Shown one piece after another: positions 9,843 to 18,523 of a stretch of DNA of 64,000 nt. Positions within the stretch are counted from its first letter, which is position 1; the number at the start of each line of letters is the position of its first letter. The notes beneath the pieces were generated by a model. It made no database searches, was not told where the DNA came from, and worked only from the letters and a program-made list of their open reading frames with translations. Source of the stretch: Syntrophales bacterium (GTDB taxonomy: Bacteria; Desulfobacterota; Syntrophia; Syntrophales; UBA2210); the NCBI GenBank assembly GCA_963666365.2, contig CAXXNF010000001.1, forward strand, positions 512,001 to 576,000, read 5' to 3'. The position numbers and the translations under genes are program-made.

Positions 9843-10818
9843 ATGAAATTTCAGGAAAATATTCGCTTCGGCAGCAGGAAGAGCAGCGGCGGCCGGGGCG
9901 GATCTTATTGACTTGCAAGCCGGGCACCGTTATCTGCTCAGTCAATTTTACTCACGACGAGCCAATACACGCAACGACCAGTGGGGGAATTCAGAAAAAT
10001 TTGTCAAAGAAGTGGTGAATTCCGTCATGAACGCAGCCGGATCGATACCGATAATTGCAAGAATTTCGGGCAAGGAATTTGTCGCATGAGGATTGGATCC
10101 GGAAAACCAACTCGAGCTTTTCGCCCTTCTGGAACAAAAAGGGGTGGCCGCTCTGCACGTCGGCTTTGATAATTCTTGTGATAATCCTGCCTGGTATTTC
10201 GGCCACATGGCGCTTCCTGAGGAACCGCAGTATGAGATGCTTCGAAAAATACGATCGGAAGTTTCCATTCCGATTATAGCGGCGGGTCGCATGGGATACC
10301 CCGAACGGATTGAGAAAGTCATGAATGAAGGCATGGCTGATTGCATCGCTTTAGGCCGTCCGCTCATAGCCGATCCGGATTTCCCGAATAAAATTTTGAA
10401 TGGTGAACATGATTCAATATTGTTGTGCGGCGCCTGTCTTCAGACGTGTCTGAAAAAAGTGAGATCGGCCGCTCCAATTGCCTGCATGGCTAACCCATGG
10501 GTCACGGCTTCCTCCCCTAACCCAACGAAACATCCCAAACACGTCATGGTGGTGGGATCGGGCCCTGCCGGCATGGCGGCGGCGGTTACCGCATCGCAGA
10601 GGGGACACCACGTATCGCTCTATGAGCAACGTAATTTCGTCGGCGGACAGTTTGCTTTTGCCGTAAAGGCTGCGGGTAAAACCACCATATCGAGGGTGCT
10701 TAAGGGAATGTACAGGGTGTGGCAGCGGGCAGTGAAATCTGAGCAAGAAAAGAATAATGCCAGAGAAGGCGATGCCCGGGCGGTCAATTCGCCTTATCTC
10801 CGGCTTTCCTTTGATTGA
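9843..10818 (+). pseudogene. Degraded NADH:flavin oxidoreductase (old yellow enzyme / DCR-like)
   Basis: RBS and MKFQENIRFG, then out-of-frame FASAAGRAAAAGADLIDLQAGHRYLLSQF..NTRNDQWG; in-frame TGA at 10087-10089; GRPLIADPD, C..C...C cluster motif and GSGPAG FAD motif; C-terminus truncated. Confidence 0.85.
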
Positions 10819-10861
10819 AGGACTTTTTTCTCTTTACTCATCAATATCGCTATCCTTGGAT

Positions 10862-11140
10862 TCATTCCCTTTTTGCGGCCAAATCCAAAATCTCCTTCAC
10901 TAACTCAGGCTCTTTGAGGAAATAACATCTCAAGTTTGCGTCCTTTCGGCAGTCTATGATGCCACAGCGCTTTAAAACCGCCAGATGTTGAGAAATATTT
11001 GCCTGTCTTGTTCCCGTGAATTTTTCCACTTCGTTCACACATTTTTCACTCTTGACAAGTTCCATCAGTATTTTCAGACGCGTGTGATTGCCAGCGGCTT
11101 TAAAAAAATCGGACATCTTCTTGTAATCACCACTATTCAT
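10862..11140 (-). CDS. ArsR/SmtB family transcriptional regulator
   Basis: FKAAGNHTRLKIL..CVNE..QANISQHLAVLK..G motif. Confidence 0.9.
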   Translation of the reverse strand: MNSGDYKKMSDFFKAAGNHTRLKILMELVKSEKCVNEVEKFTGTRQANISQHLAVLKRCGIIDCRKDANLRCYFLKEPELVKEILDLAAKRE

Positions 11141-11225
11141 ATATAACCTCAACTTTTCAGTGTACGCCTATTCTTTTTTCAGTTTTTCCACCTGCCATGA
11201 ACACGAATCACGGGCGGTGCATAAT

Positions 11226-12575
11226 TTATGCGGGCGTTTTTAACGGAATGACCGCCTTGCATGCCGCATTGACGATCGGGTACATAATCGGCGACGAGGT
11301 GAGCGCCGGATGGGTTCCCATCTGAAATTTTACAATGTCGTCCGCAGTCATTTTATGCATGATACAGGCGCTCAGCACGTTTATCATTTCCCCTACTGGT
11401 TTGCCCCCGCATATGGAACCACCCAGAATCACCCCTGTATCTTTTGCGAATATAAGTTTTACCTTTGTGTGACAGGAGTTGGGCATGCCCCCCGGATGCG
11501 TATCCGGCGCCTCCGCCCTACCGATGACGATCTTCGCGCCCACCTGGTTTGCACATCTTTCGGTCAGGCCCGCCACGCCAAAAGCCCTTCCGTTGATGAC
11601 TGTGGAAAAAACGCTGATGGCGCCGCAATTCTGGTGAGTAGGAGAAAAGAGGTTCGCGCCGGCAATCCGCGCTTCCGAAGTGGCAATCGATGCAAGCATG
11701 ACCCCGATTGGCCTTCCGTCGAAGAACGATTGCTTTTCAGCACAGTCGCCGCAGGCAAAAATATCCGGATCAGTATAGGTTCGCATGTATCGATCCACCT
11801 TTATCGTATTTCTGAATCCGAGCTCCAACCCCGCCTTTTTCGCAAGATCGGTGTTGGGCAGCGCACCAATTCCAAGAATAACCATGTCTGCCTTGAGTTC
11901 GCTTCCTCCTGATAATTTGACTCCGTATACGCTTCCATTTCCCAGGATGGCTTCCACCGTCTGATTCACCAGGATGTGCACCCCCGTTTCTTCAAGCTTC
12001 GCCTGCGCCTCCTCACAATATTCATTGTCCATGGCCGCTTGCAGACAATGGGGCATGGCCTCGACCACAGTGACGTTTATTTCCCTGCCCTTTCTGCATT
12101 CATCGGCAAATTCCATGCCTATGAAGCCTCCGCCGATGATTACCAGATCTTTTACTTTGTTCATTTGGTTGTGGACTTCCGACAAATAATCGAATTCCTT
12201 TTTAACAGGATAGACATTCTTTTTATCGATACCCGGAATTGGCGGCACAAGCGGGACCGAACCGGTTGCAAATACGAGTTTTTCGTAGCTTATAATCTCC
12301 CCGTTTTTCATAACGACGGCTTTGTTTTCACGGTCGACATCAACTGCCTCGCCTCTGATCAGTTCAATGCCGTCATTTTCCAGAAGGCCGTCTGGAATCA
12401 CGTTGTTTTCCGGACCGCCCACGGTACCGTAAATATAAGGGATACCGCACGGTACAAGCACGGTCCCTTCTTTTCTTATGAGGATAATTTTCTTGTCAGG
12501 ATAATGTCTCCGGCAACTGATTCCCGCTGTAATACCAGACAATCCACCTAGAACAACCACATCCGCTTTCTTCAT
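11226..12575 (-). CDS. FAD-dependent pyridine nucleotide-disulfide oxidoreductase (NADH oxidase / CoA-disulfide reductase family)
   Basis: VPCGIPY single redox Cys, ATGS, IIGGGFIG.E, FACGDC, C-terminal HP.LT; start ATG 12575 with RBS GAGG. Confidence 0.9.
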   Translation of the reverse strand: MKKADVVVLGGLSGITAGISCRRHYPDKKIILIRKEGTVLVPCGIPYIYGTVGGPENNVIPDGLLENDGIELIRGEAVDVDRENKAVVMKNGEIISYEKLVFATGSVPLVPPIPGIDKKNVYPVKKEFDYLSEVHNQMNKVKDLVIIGGGFIGMEFADECRKGREINVTVVEAMPHCLQAAMDNEYCEEAQAKLEETGVHILVNQTVEAILGNGSVYGVKLSGGSELKADMVILGIGALPNTDLAKKAGLELGFRNTIKVDRYMRTYTDPDIFACGDCAEKQSFFDGRPIGVMLASIATSEARIAGANLFSPTHQNCGAISVFSTVINGRAFGVAGLTERCANQVGAKIVIGRAEAPDTHPGGMPNSCHTKVKLIFAKDTGVILGGSICGGKPVGEMINVLSACIMHKMTADDIVKFQMGTHPALTSSPIMYPIVNAACKAVIPLKTPA

Positions 12576-12613
12576 GTAACTTCCTCTTTTTTCATAAATA
12601 AGCCATAACCAGC

Positions 12614-13330
12614 TTAGCAGGCGCTTTCCACTCTTGTGTCGTTTTCCGAAGTCAAATTTACGTGCGCGCAGATTCCACGAAATCCTGATGCAGCAACAGG
12701 ATAAACACTGAATGACCGGTGTCCAAGCTGCAAAAGGATTGGAATAGCTTGAGGTTGTGCAAAAGTTTCCCCGCAAATTGTTACGTCGAGCTCACGACCC
12801 AAATCTCGGGCTTGATGGATTATAAATTTCATCAACCACAAAAATGCCGGATTTTTAATGTTCTTACAGTGGATAGCCTGCTCATTGTCGCGATCGGCCA
12901 CCATAAAATACTGCAGAAGATCGTTGGTACCTATGCTCACGAAATCAACCTCTGATAATATTTCTTTTACCGCAATGGCTGCCGCCGGTTTTCAATCATG
13001 GCCCCGAGGGTAACATTTTCGGAAAATGCAAGACCACTCTTTCGCAATTCATTTTTTACCGAGACGAAATGCCTTTTTACCTCCACCACATCATCTATCG
13101 TGGTAACCATGGGAATTAAAATTCCTGCATGGCCTTTGGCACCGGCATGGATTATGGCCCGCTGCTGCGCACGGAATTCCTCCGCCTGGCCCAGCAGATG
13201 CTGCCGGATACCGCGAACGACCAATGAGGGATTTTCACCGGTGCATTCCTGAAAAAGAACCTTTTTATCGGCGCCGATATCGAATGCCCGAATTTCAACA
13301 GTCCTGCCAGCAGATTTATCAATGGCATTG
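12614..13330 (-). pseudogene. C-terminal remnant of PEP-protein phosphotransferase (enzyme I, PtsI/PtsP)
   Basis: EIRAFDIGADK, ENPSL..RGIR, ILIPMV and GAMIE, then a frameshift to DFVSIGTNDLLQY..ADRDN and ICGE; N-terminal domains absent; upstream boundary approximate. Confidence 0.85.
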
Positions 13331-13584
13331 CACCGATCTATATCACAACAATTGAATATATGGAAGAATGAATATTTCTACCCCCCTCAGGAAACAAAGC
13401 TTTTCAGCAAATTTTCAAAGTGAGGCAATCCTGCCTATAGATACCGATATCTTCAGTAAGCTCGCAGCGCCACCTGGCCACAGCGGTTCACCACATTACT
13501 CTCCTCTGACGGTTCTTTACAGGGTTTCTGACCATCATGCCCCGTTACAAAGATATCGCTATCGAAACCCTTCAGAGAGAATAC

Positions 13585-14021
13585 ATTACACGATTCATGA
13601 ACTGGAAGAACTCATGGAAAAGAATGGGGGCGACGTGCGCTTTGCCATCCATCCCGTTGCAGGGCGCATGCCGGGGCATATGAACGTCCTCCTCGCCGAG
13701 GCCAACGTGTCGTATGACAAGCTTGTCGAGATGGATGATATCAATCGGACGATCGCGGGGGTCGATGTCTGCATCGTGGTCGGCGCCAACGACGTGGTCA
13801 ACCCGGCCGCCCGTGAGAGTAAGGACAGTCCGATCTACGGCATGCCGATCATCAACGTGGATCGGGCAAAGACGGTCATCGTTCTGAAGCGTTCCATGGC
13901 GCCTGGTTTTGCCGGGATCGAAAACAATTTGTTCTATAAGGAAAACACCCGGATGCTCTTCGGCGACGCGAAGACGAGTATCGAAGCATTGTCTCCGAAT
14001 TCAAGCAAAAATGATGATTGA
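13585..14021 (+). pseudogene. pntB: C-terminal (dIII) remnant of NAD(P) transhydrogenase beta subunit
   Basis: FAIHPVAGRMPGHMNVLLAEA, GANDVVNPAA, PIYGMP and KRSM..GFAG.EN.LF motifs; membrane domain missing and the upstream part of the ORF is unrelated; left boundary approximate. Confidence 0.85.
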
Positions 14022-14453
14022 AAAGCAGCAAGGCCCTGCATACAAAGAAAAAATGAGAACTGAAAGAAGGAAAATTTGTATGTGTTGCAGTGAAAACAGA
14101 CAGTATCGCCGATGCCGTACAGATGATACACGAAAATATGGGACTGATAGAAAAGGCCAAAAGCGAAGGAGATGAGAGAAAACACATTGTTCCGAAACGA
14201 TCGGCAAAGCTTTAACAAGAATTCGCCGTTCGGTTCCATAGAATCAATTATATGGTAAAAACTGAATTTTCTGGACATAATGTGCAGGAAACACCCATTA
14301 ACATGTCCCCTTAATTTTATTATGGCAGAAACATGTAACCCATCCCGGCGATCAGGCGACTATAAAATTAAAGCGAAACTCTTCATGAGATCGCACTCGT
14401 AAACCGAAGCTGCGATATTCTCATAAAGAAATTCAACGTAAAGGAGGCTGATC

Positions 14454-14816
14454 ATGAAACGGGTTATTGTGGTGGCACTTGCCCTATTTTTACTGGGGTT
14501 TGCCATGCCGAAACAGAGCGAGGCGGGCAATGCATGGGTGCCGGCGGCAATTATCGGCGGCATTATTGTGGGCGCTGCGATCTCTGAAGCGATGGACGCA
14601 GGCCGTGTGCATGCCTGTTACTCCCCTGCTCCGGTGTATGTCCATCGCCCGCCGGCGTGGACGTACATCCATCACCCACCGGCACGGGTGTATGTCAATC
14701 CTCACCACAGGGACACACATGCATATTACCGAGGACATGGGAAGAAATATGGACATCTGAATGGCACAGGGAAGGTGGGACCAAGACACAACCGCCGGCC
14801 TTTTCCTCATCGATAA
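14454..14816 (+). CDS. Small secreted Pro/His/Tyr-rich hypothetical protein
   Basis: Strong RBS AAGGAGG, signal peptide, glycine-zipper-like AAIIGGIIVGAAI, P.VY..PP repeats. Confidence 0.7.
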   Translation: MKRVIVVALALFLLGFAMPKQSEAGNAWVPAAIIGGIIVGAAISEAMDAGRVHACYSPAPVYVHRPPAWTYIHHPPARVYVNPHHRDTHAYYRGHGKKYGHLNGTGKVGPRHNRRPFPHR

Positions 14817-14889
14817 CAATGAGCGGAAGCGGCCCTCCCGGCCTTGCGATCCAAGAGGGCCCTTCACTGAAAATTTTTTAGAGATCGAT

Positions 14890-15460
14890 CTATTTGCCGG
14901 CCATCATTGCCGTAATATCATCCTGCACTGTGCCTATCGGTCTGATGTCGAACTTCTCAACAAGGACATTGGCGACTGCCGGGGACAGAAAGGCCGGCAG
15001 GGTCGGCCCAAGGCGGATGCCCTTGACACCCAGGAACAGCAGGGCGAGCAGAACGGCAACGGCCTTCTGCTCGTACCAGGCGATATCGTAAGATATGAGC
15101 AGCTCCTTGATGTCATTGAGACCGAATACATCCTTAAGCTTCAGCGCAACGACGGTCAGAGAGTATGAATCATTGCACTGTCCGGCATCCAACACACGGG
15201 GAATGCCGCCTATTTCGCCGAGATCGAGTTTGTTCTAGCGGTATTTCGCGCAACCCGCCGTCAGAATAAGGGTATCATCCGGGAGATCTTCTGCTACCTC
15301 GATAAAATAGCTTCGTGCCTTCTGACGGCCGTCACAGCCCGCCATGATCGGTATAGGCGGCAACTCCCTTGAGATTAATGATCAGCAGTTCTCTCGAGGA
15401 ACACACATCCTCGTTTCCGGTCGATGTAATGCGCACCTCGTCAGAGACGGCCTTTGCCAT
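14890..15460 (-). pseudogene. hcp: Hybrid cluster protein (hydroxylamine reductase) remnant
   Basis: [20 protein letters not shown] joined out of frame to [17 protein letters not shown] (TAG at 15237-15235)..[28 protein letters not shown]; upstream boundary approximate. Confidence 0.9.
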
Positions 15461-15588
15461 GATATCCAATCTATCAAACTTGTAATCCAAATTGTAATGT
15501 AACCGTACGACCAACTCATCTTTCGCTTGAACGCACATTGGATTATAGCTTCCCGTCATGAACACATTTCATGATTGGAGGATGCCCT

Positions 15589-15900
15589 ATGACACAACAA
15601 GAACGCACCGCCCACTGGTCGGCCATCGTAGAGCGGCAGATCGCAAGCGGGATGAGCGGTCTGGCCTGGTGCCAGATGCATCAGATCAATACGGCAAGTT
15701 TCTACTCCTGGCGCCGGAAACTCACTGAACCGCAAGGACAACAGGGATTTATCGAACTTGCATCCTCGACGGCCGACTATGCCGGCATTCGCATTTGCAT
15801 GGGGCCGCTTCTTTCCATCGAAGTGGAACGCGGCTTCGATCCCGTTACCCTGCGCACCGTTATTGAAACGCTTCATAATGGTTCCCCATGTTCGGCCTGA
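15589..15900 (+). CDS. tnpA: IS66 accessory protein TnpA
   Basis: W..IV.R..ASG.S..AWC..H.I..SFY.WRRKL HTH pattern; RBS GGAGG. Confidence 0.9.
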   Translation: MTQQERTAHWSAIVERQIASGMSGLAWCQMHQINTASFYSWRRKLTEPQGQQGFIELASSTADYAGIRICMGPLLSIEVERGFDPVTLRTVIETLHNGSPCSA

Positions 15901-16229
15901 CAGCATCGGCACGCATCTATCTTTATCGCAGCCCCTGCGACATGCGCAAGTCCTTCGACGGCCTGTGCGGCATTGTCCGCGCCGAACTTAGCGCCGATCC
16001 CCTTTCGGGATCACTCTTCGTCTTCGTCAACCGGCGGCGGAACATGGTGAAGCTCCTGTACTGGGACAGCGACGGCATGGCCATCTGGCTGAAACGTCTG
16101 GAGCAGGGGTCCTTCGTGCTGCCTTCCCGGCAGTCCCGCGACGGTCATATCGAGCGCCGGGATCTGGCCATGCTCCTTGAGGGAATCGTGCCGAAAAAAG
16201 TGGGAAAACGGTACAAAATATGTGCATAA
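15888..16229 (+). CDS. tnpB: IS66 accessory protein TnpB
   Basis: DMRKSFDGL, LFVF.NRRR..VKLLYWD.DG..KRLE.G.F. Confidence 0.95.
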   Translation: MFGLTASARIYLYRSPCDMRKSFDGLCGIVRAELSADPLSGSLFVFVNRRRNMVKLLYWDSDGMAIWLKRLEQGSFVLPSRQSRDGHIERRDLAMLLEGIVPKKVGKRYKICA

Positions 16230-16281
16230 AAAATAATATAAACACTTGACATTATTATAGTTATGTGCTATACGCCCGCTC

Positions 16282-17892
16282 ATGATATTGACGGAAGCAC
16301 AAGAGATTATCGACCGAAAAGATGCTGCCTGGATTCTGGAATTTGCCGCCCAAAAGGATGCCCAGATCGAAGCGCTTACCCAGAAGCTCGAATCCGCCCA
16401 GCGCCAGTTGACCACCCTGCAGCATCAGATGGAACAGCTGCTGAAACGGCTCTACGGCCGCAAGTCCGAAAAGATCAACCCCGGTCAGCTGATGTTCGAC
16501 GACATGGTGCTTCAATCATTAGAGCAGAATGCGGCGGTGAAAGCACAGTTCGAAGACGCTTCTGCCACAGAGACTGTCAAGAAGCCCCGCAAGGCCTCCC
16601 GGCATCACGGCCGGGTTCCCATTCCGGAGCATCTCGAACGGGTGGAGATTCTGCTGGACGTGCCCGAGGATGAAAAGATCGATGCGGACACGGGCGCACC
16701 CCTGAAGGTCATTTCCGTGGAAGTCTCGGAGAAGCTGGAATACCGGCCGGGGAGACTGATCGTCAACGTCTACAAGCGGCCCCAGTATGCGCTGCCGGAG
16801 GCATCGGAATCTACCGCCGGCGTCATCGCCGCCTCGCTGCCCGATCACCCCATCGCCAAGTGCAAAGCCGACGTGGGGCTGCTTTCTCATCTGATCGTCA
16901 GCAAGTACGCCGATCATCTGCCTCTCTACCGACAGAACAGCATTCTGGAGCGGGAAGGAGTGGACATTCCCCGGGCCACCCAAACCAGCTGGCTCATGCA
17001 GGTCTATGAGAGCATTCGTCCCTTGGAAACAGTGCTTCAAAAGGCCGTCCTTGAGAGGGACGTGCTCTTTACCGACGATACGCCCGTTCCTCTGCAGGTC
17101 AAGGGAAACGGCAAGGTAAAGAAGGCCCGTCTCTGGGTCTATCTGCGGGGCGGTCCGGGACCGCCGCTGACGGCCTATGACTTCTCCATTGATCGGAGCA
17201 AGACGCGCCCACTGGAGTATCTCAATGATTACCAGGGGTACGTCCATGCCGACGCCTACGGCGGCTACGACGAACTTTTCAAAAAAGAAGAGATTATCGA
17301 AGTGGGTTGCTGGGCCCATACCAGACGGAAGTTCGACGAGGCGGTTTCATCGCGTCCTCAAGAGGCCACGGACATCCTTGCCCGCATCGCCCGGCTCTAT
17401 CACGAGGTGGAGACCCCCTGTGCCGAGATGACGCCCGAGGAGCGGCGCCGTTTCCGGCAGGCGCATGCAACGCCGCTGCTTGAGGGAATCTTTGCAAAGA
17501 TTGAGGAACTGAGGCCCCGGACGACGCCCTCGGAGCCGTTGCGGACGGCCATCAACTACGCCCTGAATCAGCGGGAGGCGCTCTGCCGCTATCTGAAAGA
17601 CGGACGGTTAAGACCCGACAACAACCTGGCGGAAAACGCCATTCGGCCCATAGCGGTAGGTCGAAAAAACTGGCTCTTCGTGGGCAGCGAACGGGGCGGC
17701 CGGGCGGCGGCCCTTTATATGGGTCTCGTTCAATCTTGCAAAAACTGCGACGTCAACCCCTGGGAGTACTTTGACGACATGCTTCGGCGGATCATGAGCC
17801 ATCCCGTAAACCGCCTGCGGGAACTGCTTCCCGATCAGTGGAAGCCTGTGCCCAGGGATGAACGGGGCCTGATCATCCAGGGAAAACAATAA
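16282..17892 (+). CDS. tnpC: IS66 DDE transposase TnpC
   Basis: G.KSE, K.ADHLPLYRQ, TDDTPV, ADAY..Y, CWAH.RRKF and DNN.AE..IR..A.GRKNWLF motifs. Confidence 0.97.
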   Translation: MILTEAQEIIDRKDAAWILEFAAQKDAQIEALTQKLESAQRQLTTLQHQMEQLLKRLYGRKSEKINPGQLMFDDMVLQSLEQNAAVKAQFEDASATETVKKPRKASRHHGRVPIPEHLERVEILLDVPEDEKIDADTGAPLKVISVEVSEKLEYRPGRLIVNVYKRPQYALPEASESTAGVIAASLPDHPIAKCKADVGLLSHLIVSKYADHLPLYRQNSILEREGVDIPRATQTSWLMQVYESIRPLETVLQKAVLERDVLFTDDTPVPLQVKGNGKVKKARLWVYLRGGPGPPLTAYDFSIDRSKTRPLEYLNDYQGYVHADAYGGYDELFKKEEIIEVGCWAHTRRKFDEAVSSRPQEATDILARIARLYHEVETPCAEMTPEERRRFRQAHATPLLEGIFAKIEELRPRTTPSEPLRTAINYALNQREALCRYLKDGRLRPDNNLAENAIRPIAVGRKNWLFVGSERGGRAAALYMGLVQSCKNCDVNPWEYFDDMLRRIMSHPVNRLRELLPDQWKPVPRDERGLIIQGKQ

Positions 17893-18026
17893 TCAGTGCA
17901 CCGTATTCCGGCGGTTGAATCCCGTAATCATATTATCAAAGAGCACCGGCTGTACCGGTTTTAGGTACAGCGTACTTCATGTAAAATTCTTTTGCTATAT
18001 GAGTTGGTCGTACGCTTACATTGTAA

Positions 18027-18055
18027 TTGACAGGCAAAACAAATCTAAGTATATT
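18027..18055 (+). promoter_or_regulatory. Sigma-70-type promoter
   Basis: TTGACA-17 bp-TATATT immediately right of the IS66 target duplication, upstream of ORF 18136. Confidence 0.6.
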
Positions 18056-18135
18056 TAGTTCTTCAAAGATCGGTCTCCCTCATACAAACAAATAAAATCA
18101 ACTTATGGCTTGGAGTTTGCAAAAAGGAGGATTTT

Positions 18136-18399
18136 ATGCGTTTTTATTCACTTTTCAAAGCAAAAGGCCTGTGGATTTATTCAGTGGTAGTGCTGCTGAT
18201 CGGAATTTTGGTCGGTGGCGGATTGACCACGGCGGTGTTTTCTGCTCCCTCCTGTGGTACCAGTGGATTAAATGTCTTCGTAAAATTAGGGCTGAATGAA
18301 ACAGCTTCAATCGAGGTCAAAGACAAAAACACGCAAAAATTGGTTGTACAAGACTATTATGGCGGAGATATCGTTATCATCAGGGTTGAAGCAAAATAG
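18136..18399 (+). CDS. Small membrane-anchored hypothetical protein
   Basis: Strong RBS AAGGAGG; one N-terminal hydrophobic helix. Confidence 0.6.
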   Translation: MRFYSLFKAKGLWIYSVVVLLIGILVGGGLTTAVFSAPSCGTSGLNVFVKLGLNETASIEVKDKNTQKLVVQDYYGGDIVIIRVEAK

Positions 18400-18523
18400 C
18401 AGGAATTCTCAAGGAATCTGATCAGGGAACTTTATAATCATAAATTTCTACTGTCATCGGCTGCGTGCAGCGTTCGGTTTGGTTTGCTTTATTTCTTACC
18501 GCGAAAGCAGAGGAGGTTGCAAG

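Larger units (their letters stand above)
15499..18019 (+). mobile_element. IS66 family insertion sequence, apparently intact (2521 bp)
   Basis: 21-bp terminal inverted repeats GTAACCGTACGACCAACTCAT / ATGAGTTGGTCGTACGCTTAC (1 mismatch); 8-bp target duplication ATTGTAAT at 15491-15498 and 18020-18027; tnpA-tnpB-tnpC order. Confidence 0.97.

Noticed and set aside
10087..10089. In-frame TGA in the OYE gene as possible selenocysteine
   Set aside because: Not at a catalytic Cys position, and the gene is also deleted and truncated; a nonsense mutation is simpler
13368..13584. N-terminal part of the 217-aa ORF as a novel PntB fusion
   Set aside because: Looks like non-coding sequence that happens to be in frame with the pntB remnant
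15235..15237. In-frame TAG in hcp as possible pyrrolysine or readthrough
   Set aside because: It replaces the aromatic residue of KYR(Y/F)NK in a gene already destroyed by deletion
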